DNA from: Saprolegnia diclina VS20
Taxonomy: Eukaryota
Assembly (NCBI RefSeq): GCF_000281045.1
Contig: NW_008246122.1
Location: forward strand, 243,301-307,300
Length of the DNA: 64,000 nucleotides
Direction of reading: 5' to 3'
Shown: positions 22,402 through 34,579 of the stretch, piece by piece
Layout: every line of letters starts with the position of its first letter
How positions within the stretch are numbered: position 1 is the first letter of the stretch
Translations under genes and position numbers: made by a program
Notes under the pieces: model-generated
Databases searched by the model: none
Told to the model about the DNA's origin: nothing
Seen by the model: the letters and a program-made list of their open reading frames with translations, nothing else

Positions 22402-24120
22402 ATGGCAGCCAACGCCAACGTCTCGTTCGGGCGCGTGTACGGCGACCGATTCCGCAGCTGGGACGAGTTTGAGAGCGCACGAAAGGCGTTCCAGCGCGAC
22501 CACGGTATCTCGCTCTACTCGCGCGGTGCGACGCGAGCCAAGGGCACCAGCGGGCAGCAGTTCTGGTGCAAATATAAAAACTCCAAGAGCTTCAAGCCAA
22601 AGGACGACGACAACCCGCCGTTGAAGAAGAGCTTGTGCGCTGCAGGCCTGCACCTGCTCCTTGACGCCGACGGGAGCCTCGTCGTTCAGAACGAAGTCGG
22701 GCTTCACAACCATCCGCCCGAATTCCCCGTGGCACGTGGTGTCCGCACTCGACCCCAGGTCGCGGTGCACGAGTCGCCTCTGAGCAAGGCGGTGAAACGA
22801 AAGCGGTTCACGTGCGATGGCGACGACAGCCTTCCGCCACGGGCCACCGACGCTGTCAAGGCCGAGGACAAGCAGAGTCCGGTGCTTCGAGGCACGACAG
22901 CTGAGCCCGCTGTAACCGAGCTCGGTGGTTTCGCTCCGATATTGGGCCACGAGGTAATGCCCATCGTGGTCCTTGCGTTGTTGACGAGTCAACTGCGTAG
23001 ACTCGGCGCCAAGGACTCGATTTTGCCAACGAGCGGCCAGAGCGACCCGAGAGCCGGCAAAGGACCGATCAGGGTAGTAGCCGCGTTCGTGTCATCGAGG
23101 TACACTTCACTCCATCCCTCCAAATCGCATTCAGCATCAACCTTGTGCTAGCACGAGCGTTGCGCGCGTCCCACAAGTATCGTCGACCCAACGAATCGTC
23201 GCCGTCTCGCAAAGGTAAACTCACCAACCTATAATGCATGTGCGAGCTTATTGGTGACAGGACGTCGAAGCGCCAACAAAAAGCAACGCCGTCGTCGACT
23301 TCTTTCTCTACAAGCGCTCCAAGTATATGGCGCTTCTCGATGGCGCTGTCAAGGACAAGAAGCGTCATGGCCCGCGGAGCTTGCATCTCGGCAAAGCGTA
23401 CCGCACGGTCGACGCGCACGAACCGCCGCTGCAGACCATTGGTACTACGAGTGTGTTTCCACGCTTGCATAGCACGGGTGCTAGGGCCATATCCAATCTC
23501 ATCATCGCTGCTCAAGGACATCGCCTATGACCGGTGGCTCTACGACGATGTACGTCATCTTGAAGCCTTTTGGTCTAGAGACAGATGTATTGCGATTGCA
23601 GAGTGTCAACGCCTGGCTGCATCTCGTCGCGGCGGTCGCCAACAAAGAGTACACCCGACGCCTCTTGTGCATCGAGAGCACCTCGTGGGCCTACGACTGC
23701 GAGCAACCAACGCCGAGACTGCCCTCGAAGGCGACGAACTGGTTCAACTTTGCCTACGTGCTGGTACCGATCACCATAGCCAACGCGCACTGGTGCCTCG
23801 TCGTCGTGGCCATGGACGCGCGCGAGCTTGTGATCTACGATGCGAGGTCGTGGCACACGTTCGAGGACCGCCTCAGTCGCATCAACGCCACAATCGAGCT
23901 CCACGCGGCGCAGAAGGGTGTCGAATGGCGATCTTGGCCGCACCGGCAGGTGACGCTGGCCCAGAAGAATGACCATGACGGTGGTGTCTACCTCGCGGCC
24001 GTGGCCGAACGCTACGCCCGCGATGCGCCGGTCACTGTCGAGGACCTCACCGATGCGTTTTGCGCGTCGTACCGCAGCTACATGCTGCAATCACTGCTTC
24101 GAGGAGCCTTGGTCGAGTAG
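22402..24120 (+). CDS. FAR1/WRKY-GCM1-like Zn-finger fused to a Ulp1 (peptidase C48)-like domain; MULE-derived; catalytic Cys replaced
   Basis: FRSWDEFE...FWC...LCAAGL...HNHPP at the N-terminus. After several short introns: RWLYDD|SVNAWL...LVPITIANAHWCLVVV...IYDA...QKNDHDGGVY. Confidence 0.7.
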
Positions 24121-24165
24121 CAGAGGTGGAGAATTTGCGAGACGACCTTCTCCACCGACAGCACA

Positions 24166-24350
24166 CATGAACGGGCTTTGTGTTATCTTCATAATTACAC
24201 AAAGACTTCGCATACGTAGCGCTACGCCCGAATGCGTAGAAGTTGGCACCAGCACTTGGTCGTTGGGAGTGCCCCGTGGTGGACCCCACTCGCACGAGTC
24301 ATACTAGTAGCTCGCGCGATGCAGGCTCCTGAACTGGGACCGCCCGACAG
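24166..24350 (-). mobile_element. SINE-like retroposon, copy 2 (may extend further toward ~24700)
   Basis: Reverse complement aligns with 1512-1724 (CGGGCGGTCC...GTGGGGTCCACCACGGG...CGTAGCGCTACGTATGCGAAGTCTTTGTGT...GTTCAT). Confidence 0.7.
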
Positions 24351-24689
24351 AAGGGAATTCCCTTGCACAATCGGGTCTCTCTGCTGCCCGGCGCTCAGGC
24401 TGGACGCATTCGCAAGTCGACGCGGTTGAAGAGGCCTCACCTTTGTGCCATTGCGAACCCGGATCTAGTGGTTCCCCGCTACATTGACCCATGCCCGCAA
24501 CTGGGCTTCATGAAGTCGACGGGTCCCATCCTTGGCAAGAGTGATCCATGCAACGGTGTGGATGTCGGACGCACGGGCTAGCAACGCAGTCGTGGCGTCA
24601 TCGCCAGCAAGGCGAAGCGTTGTCGTTCCCGTTCAAAGACAAACAAGTCGAGTGCTGTAAAATAGTAAATAAGGTGGGTTGATAAGAGC

Positions 24690-25646
24690 TTAGTTGGGCG
24701 TCGACAGCACAAACTTCTTCTTGTTCTTGTGCTTCTTCTTCTTGAGCTTGAACGCATCGCCGTTGGTCTTGGGCTCGGGCGTGGCAGCCACCACAGGCTT
24801 GATCGGCGACTGCTTCTTGGTCGGCGTCGTCTCGGCGTCCGAGGCGTCGTCGTCGTCGTCCTGGGCGGAGGGTTCCTAATCATACACAAGCCATTGAGTA
24901 CACGGTTCCTAGTACATATATATAGAGAGGAGGAGAGATGTAGCGTGGTTATGACTCGTATGAATTCGATAGGAAAGACCAAAAGCCTTTTGCAATCCCA
25001 AAAATGGGAAAGCCGAAACCAGCCTTAAGGACCGCGCGACGTAGCAGCATGAAAAACTCATGACGACGCTACAAGTACTATCCCAAATGGTCTGGACCCC
25101 CGACCAACCGCAGCATCGTGCCACAAGGACACGACGCTGATCGGGGGTAATTTGCAAATGGGGACATACAAACATGCAACATATACACCACATGGGCATG
25201 CAACGCACCTCGGCTTGACGCGGACGCTTCTTCGAGACATGCGACTCGTCGTTGAGCGCGATGCGGGCGGCGGCCTTCTGGATGAGCTCCTGGAGGTCGT
25301 CGACCGTGAGCTTGTTGATGGCCTCGGCGTGGTCGCCGACCGATTCTTCGGGAGGGCCGGGCTGGTAGTAGCCGGCGAGATGCACGATGCCTTCACCGAC
25401 GACGCTGAGCTTGGTCTTGGTTGCGCCAAAGACCACGTCGAGCTTGACCTGGTCGGTCGTCTTGGCCCGCAGCGTGCAGAGCGCGACCTTGACGAGGTTG
25501 TTGTCGAGGCCGGTGGTCTCGACCGAGAGGACCGCGGAGGCGCCGGTGCTGAGCGTGGCCGAGACGACCGTCAGCACCATGCCCTCGGGGACGTGGACGA
25601 GCAGCGGCTTGGCCGCCGAGACGTGGCCGCCGAAGAAGTGGACCAT
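24690..25646 (-). CDS. Nucleoplasmin-like (NPL) domain protein, FKBP/HD2-type histone chaperone; 2 exons
   Basis: MVHFFGGHV...ALCTLRAKTTDQVKLDVVF...GIVHLAGY, then an acidic tract and a Lys-rich NLS-like tail. Intron 24876-25208. Confidence 0.8.
24936..25168 (-). ncRNA. Intronic H/ACA-box snoRNA candidate, snR30/U17-like
   Basis: Lies in a 333-nt intron. Long 5' hairpin, H box AUAGUA (25081-25076), 3' domain closed by GUAGCGU/ACGCUAC, ACA 3 nt from the proposed end (24941-24939). m1/m2-like motifs UUUCCUA and AACCA flank a small hairpin. Confidence 0.6.
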
Positions 25647-26498
25647 GGCGCTGGTGATTTGAGAATGAGCTGTTGAGTTTGAACCGGCAAATCCATCCCT
25701 CGCGAAATGAGTGGTCGCTGGCCAGAACGCTGGAATCGAAAGGTAACTAATAGTGTTGTAGTGTATACCCACCAAGTAGTGTTTATTTAAATGGTGTCAT
25801 CGGTATAATATAGTGTGAATTTTCGTTTGGTGCTTGGAGCTTGCTGCGACAGCCTGCTAGAGCGGCCAACACATCACATCGGCCTGCGAACGTTCGACGA
25901 CCGGCCCCATCCCGAGTCTCTCCAGTGCATACCTCGCAGCACAATATTATTTGCTTGTGGTCCAACAAAAGAACGCCGACTAACAACGAGCTTTGTGAGG
26001 ACTCGGCCGCAATCGAAGTCACCACGAGTGTGTTGAAACGGTGTGTTACAGTTCTCGAGCGGGAGTTTTTGTGTCCATTCTCAACGGGATACGAGACTGT
26101 ACGATGCACATGATTGTCGTATCGGTGTGGACTGCGGCAGTACACTACAGTAGTCGAGCACTCCCACCGGCTCACCGCGACACTCGGCTTGTCGTTGGTC
26201 GGGACTCGAGCTGGTGTCCTACGTGGAGGAGTGTAATAAACACCAGCACGGGCTTGAGTATTCTTCGAGATGACACTATTTTCCACACTGCCCATCCAAC
26301 GGGCACACGACAGGAGCCATCGCGCGCCAACCTCGGCCGGACTTCAACGTATTGCGGCGCGCGGAATCCGGATAAAATCGTTGTGGCCAATCAAAGGCGC
26401 GGATTTGATTTATTTAGTTGCATACAAAGACCAAGTGGTGAAAAAAATACAAAGGCTGGGGACATGCGTCACTGTGTCCATCAAGCTCTGTCGCGATC

Positions 26499-27246
26499 AT
26501 GTCGGCCATCATCAAGGGCAAGAAGGAGTACCTCGCCGACCAGAAGGCCTTCATGGCCCACTTCCAGGCGCGTCCGCTCGCGCTGCAGCTGGTCAAGTCG
26601 ACCCTGCTCCAGGGCCTCTTCATCGTCAACGGCTACGTCGAGTCGCTCGACCTCGAGAACGACGACGAGAGCGACGACGACGAGCCCAAGGCCGACAAGC
26701 CGGCCTTTGTCGCGCCGTCGCCGCGTGAGTTTGTGATTCGCTGCCAGCTGCACTGCGTCAAGACGCTCAGCAACACGACGGTGCTGCGCTCGCTCGAGTT
26801 TATCTCGATCCGCATCTTCGACGTGCGCGTCGCTGGTAAGCTCGTCAAGGACGTCACCAAGGTACGCACGAGTTGCCGCCCCACACAATGTCTCATGGCC
26901 GACAATTCTCTAGTCGGCTCTGCGCAAGTACGCGCGCCACCAAAGCGCGACGACGGCTGCGCTCCAGATCGTCAAGACCGGCGTCCGCGCGTCGGTGCTT
27001 GGCAGCGTCGCGATCTTCCTCGTCGAGGAGATCATTGCGATCTACCACGCGATCCAGCGCAAGCTCCAGGCGACGGCTGTCGAAACCGAGCGCCAGTTGC
27101 TCCAGGTGACGGTGCTGGGCCTGCGCCGCTGCGGCCTCGCCATCGTCGGGTCCGCGGCCGGCGGCGCCATCGGCACGCTCGTCTCGCCTGGCAAGGGCAC
27201 GCTTGTCGGCGCTCTCGTCGGCGAGACGCTCGCGTATTCGCTCTAA
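26499..27246 (+). CDS. Hypothetical protein with C-terminal glycine-zipper hydrophobic segment (paralog 1); 2 exons
   Basis: Intron 26862-26912 joins ...KLVKDVTK|SALRKYARH...; C-terminus GAIGTLVSPGKGTLVGALVG. Confidence 0.75.
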
Positions 27247-27543
27247 AGCGTCGTATAAGCCCCGGACAGCAATCCATCCTAGACTTTGTTGGCCTCCTGG
27301 TTCCTCACCGCTTCTCATGCAATCAAAGAGCTTCAAGCGGGACAAGGTATTGCATCGCGTCAAGATGCAAGCCCTTGCCAGCACTCCACATTCGTAGTGC
27401 AGTGGGCTGCGCTTCCGGTTGCTTGCATCTCTCGAACGTGGATGAAGTATGGAAATCACACGCTATTTACACGTGTATTTTCAATGTGGTAATCGTTTTT
27501 CACATGGCGTTTCCGGCGCTGTGCGATTGTGACACTGCCCATA

Positions 27544-28373
27544 ATGACGTCGACGCCACAGACGTCGACGGTGGCCGCCATGAAGGCGACCGCGCGCCAG
27601 GCGATGCACACGCTGGGCCTCGACACGGCAGACATGTCGACGCCGGCGTCAGCAGTCGGTGCTCTGGACGCCGCTGTGCGCAACGCGATGAAGGCCGGTG
27701 GCCTCTACGAACGCATTGCATCGCCATCCAGCAAGCGCGCTTACCTCGCCGACATGGCGCCGCCATTGAGCCTCACGGGGTGCGTCGTCGCGGCGACGCT
27801 TGCTGCTGGCACAATCGCCATCGACTACCACCTCACCGATGACGCCGAGAAGGCCAACGTGGACGTATCCCTTCCGAATCTGGGCTTTTGGGCGGCGCGG
27901 GCAGCGAGCATCGTGGCCGTCAAGCGCGTTCTCGAGTTCAGCGCACTCCAATACCTCGGACCGCGCATCACGGACAAGCTGACCAAGGACATTGGCGAAG
28001 TAATTCGTCGTCGTCGACTTGCGTGTGACGTAACTCTTTGTAGTCGGCGCTGCGTAAGGCCGCCTCGCTCGCCCACCCAGGCGCCCCGTCCGTGCGTATC
28101 TTGTACACGGCAGCGGCAGGTCTCCTCTTGACGAACGTGGCGGTCTCTGCCGTGGACCTGGCCATCGGCCTCGTCCAGTACGCGCGAGGCAAGCCCGTGT
28201 CGCCGCTCGCAATAACGCTGCGGAGCCTCGAGAAGATTGTGACTACAACGTACAACATGATGCTGAGCGCCTTCGTTGGCACGATCTTCCTCTCGCCTGG
28301 GGTGGGCACAGATACGATGCTTCTCTTTTGTCGGCAGCACGACCCGACGGCAAGGTTTCTCTACCTCTTATAA
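27544..28373 (+). CDS. Hypothetical protein, tandem paralog of 26499-27246; 2 exons
   Basis: RVLEFSALQYL...DKLTKDIGE|SALRKAAS with the intron at the same position; C-terminus FVGTIFLSPGVGT. Confidence 0.7.
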
Positions 28374-28790
28374 CGTCGACTGCACGCTCCCTCCATAAGA
28401 CAAAATTTAGCAAAAATGACTAAATGGAATAATGGCATTAAGTATTTCACTTCGAGACGTGATGAGTAGGAAAAAACCTGTCGTGATTGCTGAACGACAT
28501 CAAAACGCATACTCGTAGTCGACTGAACCGTAGTCGATCGAGTTAGTACACGAAGCAACGACGACGCGTCACGCACCAGCCGCCTCACAACGCCCAGCAG
28601 CACGGCGCGATCAAGCAAGGGCTCATCAAGGGTCGAGAGACTTTTGCGTCCATATCGCAGCGTGTCGTCACGGGCCTCACCCGCGGCCACAAGCGTCGTA
28701 GGGCGACGACAGAAGAGCCAGACGAGCCCCCGCGCCGCCGCCTGCGCAGCCACGGACCGGCGAGCGAATGAAGAAGGAGATTGCTAGTCT

Positions 28791-28856
28791 CTACGTATGC
28801 GAAGTCTTTGTGTAATTATGAAGATAACGCGAAACACGTTCATATGTATATATATC
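28791..28856 (+). mobile_element. SINE-like retroposon, copy 3 (5'-truncated, 3' end only)
   Basis: CTACGTATGCGAAGTCTTTGTGTAATTATGAAGATAACGCGAAACACGTTCAT plus an ATGTATATATAT tail. Confidence 0.7.
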
Positions 28857-29133
28857 GCAGCTTTGATGAACTTTCTAGTTTGAGGGTTAGGTGTGCTATG
28901 GTGCTCCTGTTTACCAGTTTGGACACGACTTACGATGTCGCGCGTAGAGTACTACTAGAGCTCGCAATGTTATTGAGCAATACCAATTCAACTAGAGACT
29001 AGAGTTGAGTTTCGCCGAGCAGAGCACCACGAGATAGCACCGGGGGAACAAGACGACGTCTCGGATGCCGAAAACAAGACACTGGATCTTTTCATGTGGC
29101 ATATGCCGAATTCAATTTTTTTCGAGCTCACCC

Positions 29134-32100
29134 ATGCTCATGCTCCGCGTCGCGGGTGTTGTCGGCCTCGCGGTCCTCGGCCGCGTGCTCGCGTCTCCGC
29201 CGCAATGTCGTCCTGAGCCTCCTTGGCACATGCGCGTCGATGAGTACGTCGTCGTCTTTGACTCGTATGCGTCCGAGGCCGTCCACAGCGCCACCGTCGC
29301 CGCGGCCACTGCGGACCTCCGGATCCAGGCGCATGTGCGCCATCGTGCACCCGCCTACCCGACCGACTTTGTGCTGTGGCAGCTCCGATCGCCTCTAGCG
29401 CCGCGCGGTATGTCGCTGGATCCACGCCATTATGGCCCGTCGGCCGCCGACGTGCTGACGTCGCTGCGTGTGCACACCAACGTCAAGTCGCTCAGCCGCA
29501 ACACGCGTCTGTCGCTCGCGCCGCAATCGATGATGGCCGACGCACCAAAGGACCCACTGTCACCATCGCCAACAGCGCTCGGTAGGCCGCCCTGGATGCG
29601 CGTCAATGGCGATATGACAGCACTGGTCATAGGCGCGATCAACGGCATCGACCACGTCGCCGAGCTCTGGGCGCGCAACATTACAGGTATTACTATCTCG
29701 CACATGACTGTACGGTTTGCATGGCATGTGTTGCTGCGTCGTAGGCCAAGGCGTCAAGGTCGGCATCTTTGATACCGGTCTTGCGCCGCCGGCGCGGTCG
29801 TTCTTTCACCACGTCCACGACATCTCCAACTGGACCGACGAAGACGACGTACATACGTGCATCGATCTGCTTCCAGGAGCTTATTTGAAGTGTAGCTGAC
29901 GGATGCGAATGGCCACGGGACGTTTGTGGCTGGTGTCATTGGCGGTGCGGTCGAGAGCTGCCCGGGCCTCGCGCCGGACGCGGCCCTCTACGTCTTTCGC
30001 GTCTTTAGCACCGACGGCGCTGTCTATACCTCGTGGTTCCTCGACGCTATCAACTATGCGCTCTTCCTCGAGCTCGACGTCCTCAACTTTAGCATCGGCG
30101 GCCCCGACTTCAGAGACATGCCGTTCGTGGACAAGGTCGCCGAAGCCTCGGCCCATGGATTGATCGTCGTACGTCGATCTTCGACACTCAGTTGAGGACG
30201 ACGCTATGCATAGGTCTCGGCGGCAGGCAACACGGGGCCGTACTACGGCGTCGTGACCAACCCGGCCGATCAAGTGGATGTCATTGGTGTCGGCGGGCTC
30301 ACGGCCGACTTGACGCACGTACGTCGAGGGTTCGATCCCGTCTGTCCCTGACTTTTGCATTAGCTCGCTCCATTTTCATCTCGCGGCCTCACCACATGGG
30401 AGATTGATGTTGGGTAGAGTGGCTCGTGCTCGGAGGAGAGAGTCAAATGCGAGGGGTAGGTATGGCCGCGTCAAGCCCGATGTCGTTGCGCTCGCTGAAA
30501 ACGTCTTGGGGCCGACGCCCGACGGCACGTGCACGGCGCTCAACGGCACGAGCATGGCGGCGCCGCTGGTATCGGGCGCGATTGCGCTGCTGCTCTCGGC
30601 CATGACACCCGTCCAGCGCCTCCGCTACGGCCACGTCGGGTTTGTCAAGTCGCTCTTGCTGCAGTCGGCGTCTCGGCTGCCGTCGCACCCGCAGTACGCA
30701 TTCGTCTTCTTGGATTATCGCACTTGAAGCATTCTAGTGGCAACTCGAGTCTACACAATGCATGGCACCACATCTACGAGCAAGGCGCTGGGCGACTCAA
30801 TCTGACGCAGGCGCTCGCCAGCATGGAGCACCTTATGGTAAATGCCACACTCCTCTCACAGTCTTCGTGAGCAGACATTAGGAAGATCCGCGGCCGACGC
30901 TGCTACCTGCGTCGCTCGACCTCACCGACTGCCCGTACATGTGGCCCCACTGCCGCCAAGCGTTTTACTTTGACGCGATTCCCATCGTGTTTAACGTCAC
31001 GGTATCCGTTTGTTCGATGATACGATTGGTAAATGGACTAGAGTAGGTGGTTCATCCCACGGCGGCCGCGAGCTCGTTTGCGTCGCCCCCCGAATGGCTC
31101 CCCGGATTGAACGGCGATCTGCTCACGATTACAACGTCGGGCACGGAGGTTGTCGTACGTCCGTATACAGGCGCGTTTGGTGTCTTTGTGTCCGTGGCCT
31201 TTCCCGTGGCTTCGCCGGTCGTGGCAGAGGGGCGGCTACGGGTAACGCTGACTAATGCTGGCAGTGTCGACCTTCTCGTGCGCATTCCGCTGCAGCCGAC
31301 GCCGCCGAAACACCGCCGCGTGCGCCACTCATCCTGTCCCCGACACGGCACTAAGTTAGTTTTCGTAGATCTTATGGGACCAGTTTCGGAACCTCCAGTA
31401 CCCATCCGCGTACATCCCAAAAGACGATGTGCTTGGCATCGACCCGTTCGATAACCACGGCGACCATATGCACACCAACTTTGCCGACCTGTGGCTGTCG
31501 CTCATCGAGGCAGGGTGCGTCACTTCGGATACGGTCGATCGCGAGGCTAGGGGTGGGTGTAGGTACGCGGTTGAAATCGCGACTGTCGACTACACGTGTC
31601 TGTCGCTGGCGGCGTACGGTGCGCTTTTGGTCGTGGACCCAGAAGAGCCGTGGTTCGAGGCTGAGCACGTCGCGTTGCGTGCGAGCTTGGAGCATGCCAA
31701 CACGTCGCTCTTCCTCGTCGGCGGCTGGTACAACGAAGCGGCCATGGCGGCGCTGGAGCAATGGGATGCGAATACGCTGAGCTACTGGCGACCGGTCGTC
31801 GGTGGCGCCAACGTCCCCGGCATCAATGCGCTATTGGCGCCGTTTGGCATTGCGTTTGGGACGTCTGTGTGGTCGTCGCTGCCGCGCACCGACGGCGTCG
31901 GCGTCGTCTCGAGTACGTCCCTCGTTCGGTTCCCAGTCGACGGCCATGTCTACTATGCGACGCTGCGCAACATCACGGACACGACATCTCGGACGAGTCC
32001 GCTGGCCACGCACGCGTGGGAGTCGGTGCCGATTCTGGGCCACTACCAGATTCCAGACGGTCTGATATGGTGCCAGATTTGATATGGGCTTGATCGCGAT

Positions 32101-32400
32101 GTAGGTGGTCGCATCGTGGTCATGGGCGACGCTGCATGCATGGATGCGAGCAGCGCGCAGGTTCTGAAGTGCTACGATGTGGTGCTCGAGCTCCTGCGGT
32201 ATGCGACGACCATGGAGCTGCCGGCGACGCGAGCGGATCGATGGGTGCATCTGGCGTCCAATCCGCTCGTGGCGTCGTTTCTACCAGTGACAGTGCAGCC
32301 GTCGACCGAGCTTTGGAAGCAGAGCAAAGTCATGGGACCAACCAAGAAGCCCGGTGAGTGTGGACCATATAAGACAATATTGTCCAACAAGCAAAGCTAG
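29134..32400 (+). CDS. MBTPS1: Site-1 protease (SKI-1/S1P)-like subtilase; multi-exon
   Basis: Signal peptide; catalytic triad FDTG / GHGT / GTSM; S1P-specific [74 protein letters not shown]. Confidence 0.88.
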
Positions 32401-32483
32401 TCGATGCATTGTAGATGCACAGTGTAGAGGCAAACGATATGATGCATGCTTAGATTGAGAACAGTTGCAGTCACGGGTTCTGC

Positions 32484-33089
32484 TTACAAGTCGCGGCTCG
32501 CCTGCGCCGCGGCGAGGGCCTCTTCGCGCGCTGCCTCCAAGACACTCTTGGGCTTGCCTTCGACCTTGACGTCCTTGATCTTGAGCTCCGGCTTCTTTTC
32601 GACCTTGGGCGATGGCGCCGGCGCGGACGCTTGCTGCGAGCTCGAGCCCGAGCCTGACAAGGCGTCGCTCGAGGCGACAAAGACTTTGGCCGCGTTGATG
32701 GCCGCACGGAACGACGTCAGGCAGATGCCTTGGCTGTCCTTGGGGCGGACCGCGCGGTACTTATCGCACGTCAGCGCTTCCGTCGACGTGAGGTGCGACT
32801 CGGCGTTCGGGTCCTGGTTGCAGTACGCTGAACACGCCTCGCGCGAGCCTACGTCATTGGTTAAGCATGCTGCAACTCAGTTACTCATATCAGTACCCGT
32901 GCGATAGGCCTCGACGCAGTTGTTGTAGAGCGCCGGGCGCGGCAGGCGGTCGCGGTAGCCCACGCAGGTGGTCTCGAGCGAGCGCCCTGTGTGGCTCTGG
33001 CACGACGAGACGCATTGGGCGTGATCGTCGGCCATAACGGTCATGGCTGCAGCGAGGAGGAAGAGCGCAACCTTGGACACGAGCTTCAT
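32484..33089 (-). CDS. Small secreted Cys-rich protein with charged tail; 2 exons
   Basis: Signal peptide MKLVSKVALFLLAAAMTVMA; two similar Cys modules (TCVGYRDRLPRP...C / TCDKYRAVRPKD...C); ends ...QASRDL*. Confidence 0.75.
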
Positions 33090-33580
33090 GGCCGCAGGAT
33101 GGATCTGGAAATGAGCCAGCACTCGTCAAGCGTCGCAACGGCTAGAAATTCTTTTGGCCAATGGCCTTTCCGGACACGGGCCATTGGTTGATTTGTAGGA
33201 AGCTGCACCAATCCACACCGGCATGTGCTTGAAAAGCATTACCTTTTGTCCAATCAAATGAAGCAAAAACGATCTTTCCGTTGGCCAGAGCAGCCGCACG
33301 AAACCAACGCTCAGCCCCAGGATTGCTGTTGCTTCCCGACGGTCGTTATATATTCATCCTACTCACAAGGCAGGACAGCCTTGTTATGACCATTTACTAT
33401 GAAGCGCGATATCTGACTGAAATAACCAATATTTTGCGCGTCGTTGGGCAATACTCCCCGAGGCTAGGCAATAATGAAAGAAAACTCTCCGAGAGATTGC
33501 AACCATGGGCGTGGTAAAGTTACAACTGTGACGTCCTCGCATTGTACGACAAAATGTTTTCAGTATTAATTAAAAATCAG

Positions 33581-34139
33581 CCAACGATGCCGCAAACCAG
33601 CACGTTCAATCTCTCTCCATCACTAGCGACTTGTAGTGGGCCGTTGAAAATAATCCCAGCATTCTCCAACATTTTCTACATTTTGGCCATGCACCGCCAC
33701 GGCCGCCGTGAGGTTTGTCGATCCCAAATCGAAACTTTTGCAACCTTCTCAAATCGTTGTGATACTTTCAGGGACGCTTTATCTAGCTCGAGAGAGGTTG
33801 TATGTCGACGCACGTGGCTATCAAAGGCCTGCAAGTATTTGTTTTGAAACTCGCCAACAATTGCTGTTTTATTCCAACATAAATCAGCTAGATATTCAAC
33901 GCGAGCCAATACATGGCGCTTTGAGCCTTCATAATTCGAGACAGACTTGTCCTTGGCCCCTGAAATGGTCCCAGCGTTCTGGCTCCGCGCACAGGGCGTG
34001 GTATCGAAAATGCAATTTTATTCAAATCAATTCGTTGAAAAATCACCCAGTGCCCAACGATGCCGCAAACCAGCACGTTCAATCTCTCTCCATCACTAGC
34101 GACTTGTAGTGGGCCGTTGAAAATAATCCCAGCATTCTC
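33581..34139 (+). repeat. Perfect 86-bp direct repeat (33581-33666 and 34054-34139) in an AT-rich island
   Basis: CCAACGATGCCGCAAACC...TAATCCCAGCATTCTC is identical in both copies. Confidence 0.9.
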
Positions 34140-34579
34140 TATATATTTTTTGCAGCATTTGCTACATTCACCAAAGAACTCCAATGTGCCGATCCTTCAG
34201 AGAGCACTCAGATCGCGTCGACGTCGTCGGTATGGCTGCATGGTTGTTGCTGCAAGGTCCGTATTGGGTTGAGAAGGGATACTACCCGAGTGCTCTTGCT
34301 TGCTTGATTGCTATTTTAGCATCAACCAGTGTATCTTTGGACAGCGCCATCATGTTCCTGTCGCCTTTTTGGTCGGCCTTTTTATTTTTAATCCGCCGCA
34401 GCTTCTTGATTCGATTCGGGGTCTATCATTAGGTAGTTGTATGCAATAAAATACAAACAATTAAAATACATTAGCTAGGTGTTTGTATTCTGCGACGATA
34501 CCCTATTCTTTGTATGCAAGATAAATAATCGGAATAAAAGCGTGGCGCCTGCGTTTCACGGGTCACACACACTACAACG

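Noticed and set aside
24166..24350. Repeat as the terminal inverted repeat of the adjacent MULE-like gene
   Set aside because: No matching inverted copy upstream of 22402; the other copies behave like retroposed inserts.
24156..24711. CGACAGCACA at 24156-24165 and 24702-24711 as a TSD for a longer retroposon copy
   Set aside because: It would put the nucleoplasmin-like gene's stop codon inside the element, and no second long copy is available here to confirm it. Left unresolved.
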